DNA from: Candidatus Omnitrophota bacterium
Lineage (GTDB): Bacteria; Omnitrophota; Gorgyraeia; Gorgyraeales; Gorgyraeaceae
Assembly: GCA_043814965.1 (NCBI GenBank)
Contig: JBDRJN010000032.1
Span: forward strand, 20,126 to 84,125
Direction: 5' to 3'
Length of the DNA: 64,000 nt
Below are positions 24,173 through 32,080 of this stretch, piece by piece. Made by a program: the position numbers and the translations under genes. Below the pieces are notes generated by a model. That model was given only the letters and a program-made list of their open reading frames with translations. It had not been told where the DNA came from and made no database searches. Numbering within the stretch: position 1 is the first letter of the stretch; the number at the start of each line of letters is the position of its first letter.

Positions 24173-24256
24173 ATTACACCTCCGAAATTTTGCGAAGCAA
24201 AATTAAGCCCCGAGCAGCAACAGTCAATAACTATGCCGCGAGGGACAAGTTATGCT

Positions 24257-25513
24257 TTATTGGGTAGTAAAGATCTCGAATCCAGCGTATGATTCCATGC
24301 CATGCTCTCCTATATCTAGGCCTTTCAGTTCCTCTTCTTTTGAAACTCTTAGCCCTACTGTCTTATCTATTAATTTAAAAATAATGCTCATTGATGCGAC
24401 AATAAAAAGCGCTACTGATAGAACCCCCAGAGCCTGTATCCCAAGCTGAGTAAAGCCTCCTCCATAAAAAAGTCCGTTATTCGCAAGGCCAAGCGCTTTC
24501 TGGCCGAACAATCCTATAGAAAGAGTGCCCCATATACCATTTATGCCGTGTACAGGAAAAGCTCCCACGGGGTCATCTATGTGAAGTTTGTCCAATATAA
24601 CCACTGCCAATACTACTATAAACCCACCTATCATACCTATAATAATAGCTGCCCATGGCTCTACATATGCGCAAGGAGCAGTTATCGCTACGAGCCCTGC
24701 CAATGCTCCGTTCATTGCCATAGAGAGATCTGGTTTTCCAAATATCTTCCACACAGCAGCCATGGCTGTAAGACATCCTAAAGCTGCGGCGAGATTAGTA
24801 TTAATAGCTATTCTTGATATTAAATCTCCGTTTCCCACCCCAAGCGTAGAACCCGGGTTAAACCCAAACCACCCAAACCACAGTATAAATACCCCTAAAG
24901 AAGCCAGAGGTATTGAATGTCCTGCTATAGCATTTGCGGAACCATCAGCATTATATTTTCCTGTCCTTGGCTTTAACATTATAGTGCCTACCAGGGCTGC
25001 TACACCTCCTACTAGATGTACTACAGTAGAACCTGCAAAATCAGAAAACCCCAGCTTAGCCAGCCATCCTCCGCCCCATATCCAATGGCCTACGACCGGA
25101 TATATAAAAGCGGATATCAGAAAGGAATATACCAAGTATGCCTGAAACTTCATGCGTTCAGCCATGCCTCCCGCAACAATCGTTGCTGCTGCGCCGCAAA
25201 ATGCTGCCTGGAATAGCCAAAAAGCATATAAAGGTACGCCTGCGCCTGATTCAGCGCCATTCAAAAACCAGCCTTTTAATCCAATAAAACTATTTCCTGC
25301 GCCAAACATTATTGCATAGCCAAATACGAAAAATCCTAAAGACGCCATACAAAAATCCAGGAAATTCTTGGTCAATATGTTACATGTGTTTTTTGCCCTT
25401 ATGAATCCAGCTTCTACCATACCAAATCCAGCTTGCATAAAAAACACTAAAAATGCTGCCAACAATACCCATACAGTATCAAGCCCTGCCCTTAGATCAA
25501 CTAAAGTTTCCAT
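24257..25513 (-). CDS. amtB: Ammonium transporter AmtB
   Basis: 'FMQAGF', 'DFAGSTVVH', 'WFGWFGFN', 'DDPVGAFPVHG'. Confidence 0.97.
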   Translation of the reverse strand: METLVDLRAGLDTVWVLLAAFLVFFMQAGFGMVEAGFIRAKNTCNILTKNFLDFCMASLGFFVFGYAIMFGAGNSFIGLKGWFLNGAESGAGVPLYAFWLFQAAFCGAAATIVAGGMAERMKFQAYLVYSFLISAFIYPVVGHWIWGGGWLAKLGFSDFAGSTVVHLVGGVAALVGTIMLKPRTGKYNADGSANAIAGHSIPLASLGVFILWFGWFGFNPGSTLGVGNGDLISRIAINTNLAAALGCLTAMAAVWKIFGKPDLSMAMNGALAGLVAITAPCAYVEPWAAIIIGMIGGFIVVLAVVILDKLHIDDPVGAFPVHGINGIWGTLSIGLFGQKALGLANNGLFYGGGFTQLGIQALGVLSVALFIVASMSIIFKLIDKTVGLRVSKEEELKGLDIGEHGMESYAGFEIFTTQ

Positions 25514-25524
25514 AATCCCCTCCT

Positions 25525-26289
25525 TTATAAGCTAAAAGCTACTGTCACTCCTCCATAAAATTCGTTATCGTAATTGCCGTCATCTGCGTCCTTAAGGTCT
25601 CCGAAAGGCATGTCATAATTTATAACAGGCGATATTGAACAGATATCTGTTAATTTGATAGTAAGCCCTGCTCCAAGATTAACATGCCCTCCTTCTCCTT
25701 TAATAAACAACTCCTTGTTGTACCCAACTCCTCCTGATAAGTCCAAGGTTACTGGAGAATCTCCTACAGGCTCAGAATGGCTAAGACTAAGATAAACATA
25801 ATCTCCGCTTCCTCCTCCTGAGTCTTCTTCTCCAAAATCATGATAAAACGTTATAGAAGGAGAAAGTAATGTATCCAAGCTTGTTCCTATAAACCATTCC
25901 CTGCTGGCTCCGTCTGCTGCCGGAAAATCATAATACGTAAAACCTCCTGAGAGCGACACTGGGGTTCCAGGGATAGGATAACTATAACTTATAGAATAAT
26001 CCACCTCTTCGGAAGATGTCAAAGAATCATCCGAATCTATATCAGCGCTTCCCCAAATGCTTGTCTCAAAATCATAACCACTAACATAGACTCCTGGCTG
26101 AACCACTGGATCGCCATCAAGTTTTATACCTCTCCATATGTATTTCGAGAAAAAGCCAATATCCGAAAAAACGCTGATATCATGCCCTTCTAACAAAGGC
26201 TTTGTGTCTTCTGCAAAAACTCTCCTGGCCGTGAAACTGACCGAAAAACAAATCATTAATATCAATAATCCTTTTATAAGCTTCATCAT
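25525..26289 (-). CDS. Putative outer-membrane beta-barrel (TorF/TIGR02001-like); likely start ATG 26289
   Basis: Signal peptide, 'SKYIWRG', alternating beta-strand pattern, ends 'FYGGVTVAFSL'; precedes amtB-glnK; the upstream part of the track ORF overlaps the RNA leader. Confidence 0.7.
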   Translation of the reverse strand: MMKLIKGLLILMICFSVSFTARRVFAEDTKPLLEGHDISVFSDIGFFSKYIWRGIKLDGDPVVQPGVYVSGYDFETSIWGSADIDSDDSLTSSEEVDYSISYSYPIPGTPVSLSGGFTYYDFPAADGASREWFIGTSLDTLLSPSITFYHDFGEEDSGGGSGDYVYLSLSHSEPVGDSPVTLDLSGGVGYNKELFIKGEGGHVNLGAGLTIKLTDICSISPVINYDMPFGDLKDADDGNYDNEFYGGVTVAFSL

Positions 26290-26314
26290 TCCCTTCCCCT
26301 TTTTTGTAAAAGTT

Positions 26315-26371
26315 AAAAAATAAAACAGGCGTTCTTTATAAGAACGCCTTCGTATCAACACAACTATGTGT
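26315..26371 (-). ncRNA. ANTAR-type dual-hairpin leader with terminator (porin-amtB-glnK)
   Basis: P1 ACAC-AUAGUU-GUGU; weak P2 AC-GAAGGC-GU overlapping terminator AGGCGUUCU-UAUAA-AGAACGCCU-GUUUUAUUUUUU. Confidence 0.78.
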
Positions 26372-26382
26372 CTTTATCTGCT

Positions 26383-26414
26383 TATACAAGTAAGAATTTG
26401 ATTACTTTGGTAAC
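26383..26414 (-). promoter_or_regulatory. Conserved alternative-sigma promoter-like motif, copy 3
   Basis: GTTACC aaagtaatcaaattctt ACTTGTATA (17-bp spacer). Confidence 0.75.
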
Positions 26415-26472
26415 TCCGTATCAAACTTTAACATAATTTAATTCTGGGACTTGGTATTGAGCAGATCACTTT

Positions 26473-26979
26473 TTAATCAAACTTCCTATGCCATTTTTTT
26501 ATTATGTTCTTCTTATGCTTTAGGATCATGACATGGGATATATTCATCTCTTTTGCAGCTTCCCGAACTGTATATCCCTTAAGGAGATACGAGAGTACGG
26601 TCTTTTCGCTATCCGTCAAGCCTATGCCCTTCAATTCATCAACCGTAAGCCTGCGCTCCATGCTATCCGGAAAGCTTTCCTTTTTGTCTTCAAGGATATC
26701 GCCTAACGTCAGGTCTGTTGAAGGAATGATTTCATTGAGACTTGTTAATAATGCCTTTGGCCTTCCTTTTCTTAAAAAATTTTGAATATGGAACTCGCAC
26801 CCTTTGATAATATAACTCTCATTCTTATCGATCGGGGCCCCATACTTATAATTCTCTAGTAAATACAGGCACATCTCCTGATAAAGGTCATCTTCGCTAT
26901 AGAATCCTTTTAAGATATGCCTTCTAGCAATAAGCTTAAGCGTAGGAGTTATTTTTTCAAGTAGTATCCTAAAATCCAT
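26473..26979 (-). CDS. Alternative sigma70-family factor (regions 2 and 4 only); likely start ATG 26979
   Basis: Region 2 'LKLIARRH...EDDLYQE'; region 4 HTH 'LTDSEKTVLSYLLKGYTVREAAKEMNISHVMI'; SD AGGTGA. Confidence 0.88.
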   Translation of the reverse strand: MDFRILLEKITPTLKLIARRHILKGFYSEDDLYQEMCLYLLENYKYGAPIDKNESYIIKGCEFHIQNFLRKGRPKALLTSLNEIIPSTDLTLGDILEDKKESFPDSMERRLTVDELKGIGLTDSEKTVLSYLLKGYTVREAAKEMNISHVMILKHKKNIIKKWHRKFD

Positions 26980-26997
26980 AAGTATCACCTATTGACT

Positions 26998-27129
26998 AAA
27001 AATAAAAAAGTCCTTTCCAGTAGAACTCTCTACCAAAAAGGACTTCATTGTCCTATAAATATAAAAAGCGTTCCTTTCCTGGAACGCCTCATCGCCTTTA
27101 TATTGAGCACTATCTTTGTACTCAATATA
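26998..27129 (-). ncRNA. Leader with three ANTAR-type hairpins and two tandem intrinsic terminators (sigma gene)
   Basis: P1 GAGUAC-AAAGAUA-GUGCUC; P2 GC-GAUGAG-GC into T1 AGGCGUUCC..GGAACGCUUUUU; P3 GGAC-AAUGAA-GUCC into T2 AAGUCCUUU..AAAGGACUUUUUU. Confidence 0.8.
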
Positions 27130-27158
27130 AGTTTACCATCTTATGGGTGTACTGTCAA
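27130..27158 (-). promoter_or_regulatory. Housekeeping sigma70 promoter of the sigma-factor gene
   Basis: TTGACA gtacacccataagatgg TAAACT (17-bp spacer). Confidence 0.8.
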
Positions 27159-27250
27159 TAGCCTTTTTTCTACTAGGGTTTTTCGCTGAGAAATCCAAGC
27201 GTCTTTTTGAGGCCCATCTCACAAAAAAAGCGAAGATCGTTTATAGCTTA

Positions 27251-28051
27251 TTATTCTCCGCTGAATGGAAGGAGTTTTTTGATAGTATCTCGTGCCTTCT
27301 TTGTAGCATCTTCTGCAGTATCTTTAAGTTTTCCTCCTGCGCCAAGCGCTGCACCTTTGGTATCTTTTACCAGGCCCGATGTAATACCAAACGCATCACT
27401 AAGGCCTTCTTTTAAAAGCCCTGATTCAAAATCTGTAAGGCTTGATATAGTTGTATTCATAAGCGCGTTCATTACTATAATATTCGTAAGGGCTTTAGGG
27501 TCAGTGATATTTCGATACGTAGCGTCTATATTGACCTTGAATTCTCTGGATTTTCCTTCCGGACCTTGCGTATAATCCTTATATACGACCTTGCCTATCT
27601 TAAGTTTTAATAAATCTATCTTTAGGTCTACTGCTCTCTTCTCTTCTTTTGTCCCGGTAGATGCTCCTTCTTTTTTCAGTGTCTTTAATGAATCTATATT
27701 AAGCTTGCCTGCGCTATTTTTTACAACAATAAGTTCTTTTAAATATAATCTTACTTCTTCTAGATGCACTTTTCCCTTTAAAAGGCCTTCTAAGTCATAG
27801 TCTACGTATATCTCTGGAAGATCAGCCATAAGCCTTTCTTTAAAACTATCTGGATTAAGCATCCTCAATTCTTTTATATCCACAAATGAATTGAATATCC
27901 CGACTTTAAAACTACCTACTTCCATCTTGAGTCCCGTTACAGCTCTTATAGCCATTGATACAGAGTTCTTTATTATAATGTCCTTTTCTAAAAAAAGTAT
28001 ACCCAAAGCAAGGGTTAAAATAATGATAATAATAAAAATTATCTTTTTCAT
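27251..28051 (-). CDS. AsmA-family-like membrane-anchored protein
   Basis: N-terminal hydrophobic anchor, 'LNPDSF', 'GKLNIDSL' pattern of short AsmA-like proteins. Confidence 0.65.
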   Translation of the reverse strand: MKKIIFIIIIILTLALGILFLEKDIIIKNSVSMAIRAVTGLKMEVGSFKVGIFNSFVDIKELRMLNPDSFKERLMADLPEIYVDYDLEGLLKGKVHLEEVRLYLKELIVVKNSAGKLNIDSLKTLKKEGASTGTKEEKRAVDLKIDLLKLKIGKVVYKDYTQGPEGKSREFKVNIDATYRNITDPKALTNIIVMNALMNTTISSLTDFESGLLKEGLSDAFGITSGLVKDTKGAALGAGGKLKDTAEDATKKARDTIKKLLPFSGE

Positions 28052-28060
28052 ATTAAACTC

Positions 28061-28786
28061 CTATTCTGACGATCTTATAATAAGTGAATAGCCAAGGACT
28101 CCTGGATTCTGTATTAGAAGTGGGGTCCTTTTTTTATCATCAGCTAGATATAATTTAAAATGAGGCGGGTCGCTTATAAAAGCATGCGCTGCATATTTTC
28201 CCATCGGAGTCTCGATAGCCTCTTTTCCTTTATAGCTAACGATAAAATCAAGCGTCGGAAGAGATATATGAAACTTCTCTTTTTCTTTGAAATCAGCCTT
28301 TGCCCTGCAAAAATAAACTAGAAGTATCGCATTGTGGATCGGCGAATCTTTCTTTATAGAAGACTTTTTTGTCCTGAGGTTGCTTTTTGAGGTTATATCA
28401 ACTCTAAAATCTTTCTGGTCATAGGTCTCTATTATAGAATCATTGAACCCTATCTTTTTTTTGACCATGCGCCTTACTTCTTTTGGAAGGAATGTCCTCA
28501 TATCTCCGAATATCTCTTCTGTATCTTTAAATGAAGCTGCTTTCGTAAAAAATGTGACATGATATAACTTTTCGCCTCGTAATTCTTCTTCGCCGCGAAA
28601 ATCCAGTATAGCCTCTCCTATCCTAAGGCCTTTATACTTCACATCATATGTTAAGCGTTCATTTTTTTCAAAAGGTAAAGGCGTATTATACTCGATGCCT
28701 AAAACACTCTCTGAGGCGTGGTTATCGGATATAAAGACAGTCAGGCAAGATACTGCCATCATAAAGATCAAAGATATATTTTTCAT
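28061..28786 (-). CDS. DUF3108-like exported protein
   Basis: Signal peptide, 'ERLTYDVKYKGLRIGEA', 'IETPMGKY', 'DDKKRTPL'. Confidence 0.7.
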   Translation of the reverse strand: MKNISLIFMMAVSCLTVFISDNHASESVLGIEYNTPLPFEKNERLTYDVKYKGLRIGEAILDFRGEEELRGEKLYHVTFFTKAASFKDTEEIFGDMRTFLPKEVRRMVKKKIGFNDSIIETYDQKDFRVDITSKSNLRTKKSSIKKDSPIHNAILLVYFCRAKADFKEKEKFHISLPTLDFIVSYKGKEAIETPMGKYAAHAFISDPPHFKLYLADDKKRTPLLIQNPGVLGYSLIIRSSE

Positions 28787-28796
28787 GATTTTTAGG

Positions 28797-30131
28797 CTAT
28801 AGGATCGGCAAATATTTATCTATCTCATATTTAGAGACCTGGGCCTTGTATTCATCCCATTCTAGATATTTATTCCTTATAAAATATCCAAAGACCTTGT
28901 CCCCCAAAGCCTCTTTTAAAAGAGAGCTCTTTTCAGCAAGCTTTATTGCTTCATATAGGTCTTCCGGCAGAGAATTGATGGTTGCTTTTTCCCTATCCTT
29001 TTCCGTCATCTTATAGATGTTGTCTTCTGCAGGCTCTACGAGTTTATATTTCTTCTTTATACCTTCCAGGCCTGCCCTAAGCATCACTGAAAATGCCAGG
29101 TAGGGATTGCAGGCTGGATCAGGAGACCTGACCTCGATCCTTGTCGCGTGTTCTTTGCCAGGTTTATACATAGGGACCCTTACAAGAGCGGATCTATTCA
29201 TCTGTGCCCAACAGATGTAAACAGGCGCCTCATAACCCGGTATAAGCCTCTTATATGAATTGACCCACTGGTTTGTAACAACCGTGATCTCCGGGACATG
29301 TTTCAATATACCTGCTATAAAATATTTTGCTGTGTCTGACAGATGCCTTTTATCGGTCTTACTGAAAAATGCGTTCTTCTTGCCTTTAAAAAGAGACTGG
29401 TGCACATGCATGCCGCTTCCATTTATGCCATGTATTGGTTTTGGCATAAAAGTAGCATACACACCGTTCTGCCTGGCAACCTCTTTTACTACCATGCGGT
29501 ATGTCATGACATTGTCAGCCATCATAAGCGCGTCATTATATCTAAGGTCTATCTCATGCTGGGAACTAGCTACTTCATGATGAGAATATTCTACCTGGAC
29601 CCCCATCTTTTCCAGATTTATGACTGTCTGTCTTCTGAAATCCTGCGCAACATCCAAAGGCGTCAAATCGAAATATCCTCCTCTATCGAGTATTATTGTA
29701 TTATTAGGGTTATTAAAATAAAAATACTCCAGTTCCGGGCCTACATAATAATTGGTAAAGCCCATGTCTTTTGCAAGCTTGATGTTCCTCTTTAATACAA
29801 ATCTTGGATCTCCCTCAAAAGGTTTTCCGTTAGGCTGTAATATATCGCAGAACATCCTTGCAGAAAGCCCTTCTTTCTTCTTTCTCCATGGAATAAGCTG
29901 GAACGTAGAGATATCAGGAAAAGCTACCATATCACTCTCTTCGATGCGGGCAAATCCTTCAATGGATGAACCGTCAAAACCCATACCTTCTGACAATGCC
30001 TTATCAAGCTCATTTCTTGTGATAGTGACTCCTTTTTGAAAACCCAATACATCAGTAAACCAGAGCTTGATAAATTTAATGTTATGTTTTTTTACTAACC
30101 TTAAAACGTCTTTTTTGGTTTTAATTAACAT
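28797..30131 (-). CDS. glnA: Glutamine synthetase type I, copy 2
   Basis: 'FDGSSIEG', 'NGSGMHVHQSL', 'YKRLIPGYEAP', 'RIEVRSPDPACNPYL'. Confidence 0.97.
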   Translation of the reverse strand: MLIKTKKDVLRLVKKHNIKFIKLWFTDVLGFQKGVTITRNELDKALSEGMGFDGSSIEGFARIEESDMVAFPDISTFQLIPWRKKKEGLSARMFCDILQPNGKPFEGDPRFVLKRNIKLAKDMGFTNYYVGPELEYFYFNNPNNTIILDRGGYFDLTPLDVAQDFRRQTVINLEKMGVQVEYSHHEVASSQHEIDLRYNDALMMADNVMTYRMVVKEVARQNGVYATFMPKPIHGINGSGMHVHQSLFKGKKNAFFSKTDKRHLSDTAKYFIAGILKHVPEITVVTNQWVNSYKRLIPGYEAPVYICWAQMNRSALVRVPMYKPGKEHATRIEVRSPDPACNPYLAFSVMLRAGLEGIKKKYKLVEPAEDNIYKMTEKDREKATINSLPEDLYEAIKLAEKSSLLKEALGDKVFGYFIRNKYLEWDEYKAQVSKYEIDKYLPIL

Positions 30132-30529
30132 ACTTTGCTCCCTTTGAATTCAGAACTTATAGTTGTTGTTATCCCCCCGCGAGTGTTAAATACTCCTTTG
30201 ATATATGCCCATCTTGGTTTGCAGGCCTTTACAAAATCATCTAAAATCTTATTTACCGCATGTTCGTGAAAAATACCTATATCCCTATAACTTACCAGGT
30301 ACATCTTTAAGCTCTTTAGCTCTACACATAGCTCATCAGGCCTATACTGGAGCATCAGGTTAGCAAAGTCAGGTAAGCCCGTCTTTGGGCATACACATGT
30401 AAATTCTGGATGTTCTAGATCTATCAAATAATCCTTATCAGAGTACTCATTGCGCCAGGTATCTATCTTTGGCATCTTGAGGCAGCGTACGTCTTTTTGT
30501 AGATCTCTGTAGGAATTTTTACTTGGCAT
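30125..30529 (-). CDS. queF: preQ0 reductase (short QueF)
   Basis: 'EFTCVCPKTGLPDF', 'ELKSLKMYL', 'FHEH', 'FNTRGGI'. Confidence 0.95.
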   Translation of the reverse strand: MPSKNSYRDLQKDVRCLKMPKIDTWRNEYSDKDYLIDLEHPEFTCVCPKTGLPDFANLMLQYRPDELCVELKSLKMYLVSYRDIGIFHEHAVNKILDDFVKACKPRWAYIKGVFNTRGGITTTISSEFKGSKVC

Positions 30530-30539
30530 AATATTTTTA

Positions 30540-31265
30540 TTACTTCATCTCATGCGTCATTACTATGGCTTCAGCGACATCCTTCATAGGCTTACGCCTA
30601 TCCATGCTGAACTTTTGTATCTTTCTAAAGGCATCTTCTTCTGTGAGACCTTCTTCTTTCATCAAGATACCTTTTGCTTTTTCTACTACTTTTCTTGTCT
30701 CGAGTTCTTCCTGTATAACACGCGTCTTTACCATAAGCTCTGTATTTTCTATAGCGATAGCTGCTTGATTTGCAACGCTTGTGAGGACGCTTATCTCTGT
30801 TTTTGAAAATTTATGCGGCTTTGAAGTGTAACAGTTTAAAGCTCCTATAACCTTATTTTTTACAGCTAAAGGCACGCACAAAAGTGAGGCAAGGCCTTCT
30901 TTTTGGGCAATATTTTTGTATTTGTATTCGGGATCCTTTAAAATATCCTCGACTACCAAAGGCTTATTAGCTGCGACTACTTTCCAGACCAAGCCCTCGC
31001 CTTTTTTTAGAGGGTCCTTACCTATATATTCTTCACTAATGCTTTGGGTTGCCCTTATAGAAAGATGTTCTTTTTTTTCATCCAAGAGCATAAGCGTACA
31101 GATCCTTGAATTCATGACTTCTGCTGTGACTGTTACGATAAGTTTGAGTATATCTTCTAGATAAAGATCGCTCGATATGGCTCTAGAGATCTTGGAAAGC
31201 GCTTCTATGGTATCAGCTGCTTTTGTATTCGTATTGGATCTTACTGCCTTATTTTTCTTTTTCAT
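30540..31265 (-). CDS. GAF-ANTAR RNA-binding antiterminator
   Basis: GAF 'SLLCVPLAVKNKVIGALNCY...VANQAAIAIEN', coiled coil, ANTAR 'LETRKVVEKAKGILM..LTEEDAFRKIQKFSMDRRKPMKDVAEAI'. Confidence 0.95.
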   Translation of the reverse strand: MKKKNKAVRSNTNTKAADTIEALSKISRAISSDLYLEDILKLIVTVTAEVMNSRICTLMLLDEKKEHLSIRATQSISEEYIGKDPLKKGEGLVWKVVAANKPLVVEDILKDPEYKYKNIAQKEGLASLLCVPLAVKNKVIGALNCYTSKPHKFSKTEISVLTSVANQAAIAIENTELMVKTRVIQEELETRKVVEKAKGILMKEEGLTEEDAFRKIQKFSMDRRKPMKDVAEAIVMTHEMK

Positions 31266-32080
31266 ATAGCGATAACACTTAGCCCTATTTCGTTTGCCAT
31301 ATTCAATACTTTATCTTTATCTATGATAAGTGTCTTCTCCGCTTCTATTGCGATCGCCTTTGCTTTGACTTCCTTTAAAAGACTTATTGTGCCTGGCCCG
31401 ATCACAGGTATGTCAAATCTCATATCCTGCTTTGGTTTTGATACCTTTATTACTACAACCCCTTCTTTTCCGTAGAAAGCGCCTCTCTTTATCGCCTCGT
31501 CCGTCCCTTCTATGGACTCGACGGCCAAAACAGTTTTATCTTTTACTACAATGGTCTGGCCTATATCAAGGCCTGCTATTACCTTTATTATGTCTTTCCC
31601 GAACTCTATGTCTTCCAAGATAGTTTTATCTAAAGAGGAATTGGTCAAGATCCCTTTTTTAGGAAGTAGGTCTTCTAAAAATAAAGTGGATTTTAGGACC
31701 TTTATGCCTTTTTGCTCAAGAAAGCTTGCAACAGCGCCTATCAAAGAATCTGTCTTTTTATCCTTTACGCTTCCCAAAAGGCCCGCCATACTGCTATCAA
31801 GTTTTATGGATTTATCAAAGATAAGATTATGCCTGACCTGTCCAGCCATTACTACGTTGTTTATTTTCTCTTTTAATAATATCTCGAATAACTTTCCCAG
31901 TTCTCCAACGCTTAACCAGTAGATCCTGTCTACAATATTTTCTAATTCCTTCGATGTCTCTTCTTTTATCGCTATCCCTATTACTTCTACATTCTGTTTC
32001 TTGGCATTTTGAGCAAGAAGTAATGGAAATTTTCCGTTGCCTGCAAGCAAAGCTATTTTATTTACCACCTCGACAAACAC
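31262..32080 (-). CDS. lpxI: UDP-2,3-diacylglucosamine hydrolase LpxI (true start may be a few codons downstream)
   Basis: 'LLAGNGKFP', 'DIGQTIVV', 'AVESIEGTD', 'KPKQDMRFDIPVIG'. Confidence 0.93.
   Translation of the reverse strand: MFVEVVNKIALLAGNGKFPLLLAQNAKKQNVEVIGIAIKEETSKELENIVDRIYWLSVGELGKLFEILLKEKINNVVMAGQVRHNLIFDKSIKLDSSMAGLLGSVKDKKTDSLIGAVASFLEQKGIKVLKSTLFLEDLLPKKGILTNSSLDKTILEDIEFGKDIIKVIAGLDIGQTIVVKDKTVLAVESIEGTDEAIKRGAFYGKEGVVVIKVSKPKQDMRFDIPVIGPGTISLLKEVKAKAIAIEAEKTLIIDKDKVLNMANEIGLSVIAI

Noticed and set aside
24186-24244. Hairpin AATTTTGC-GAA-GCAAAATT and CCCGAGC...GCGAGGG between amtB and glnK as another ANTAR site
   Set aside because: Loop lacks the 6-7 nt G4 pattern and there is no terminator; more like a generic stable mini-hairpin
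26290-26361. N-terminal extensions given by the ORF track for the porin (and likewise glnA1, carA, lpxA)
   Set aside because: Extensions run through leaders or upstream genes; downstream starts fit SD position and family N-termini better
21538-27129. Recurrent AGAACGCC/ACACAAAC sequences as a CRISPR array or mobile-element ends
   Set aside because: Copies are kilobases apart, always in 5' leaders, with no regular spacers, cas genes or transposase; better explained as regulatory RNA
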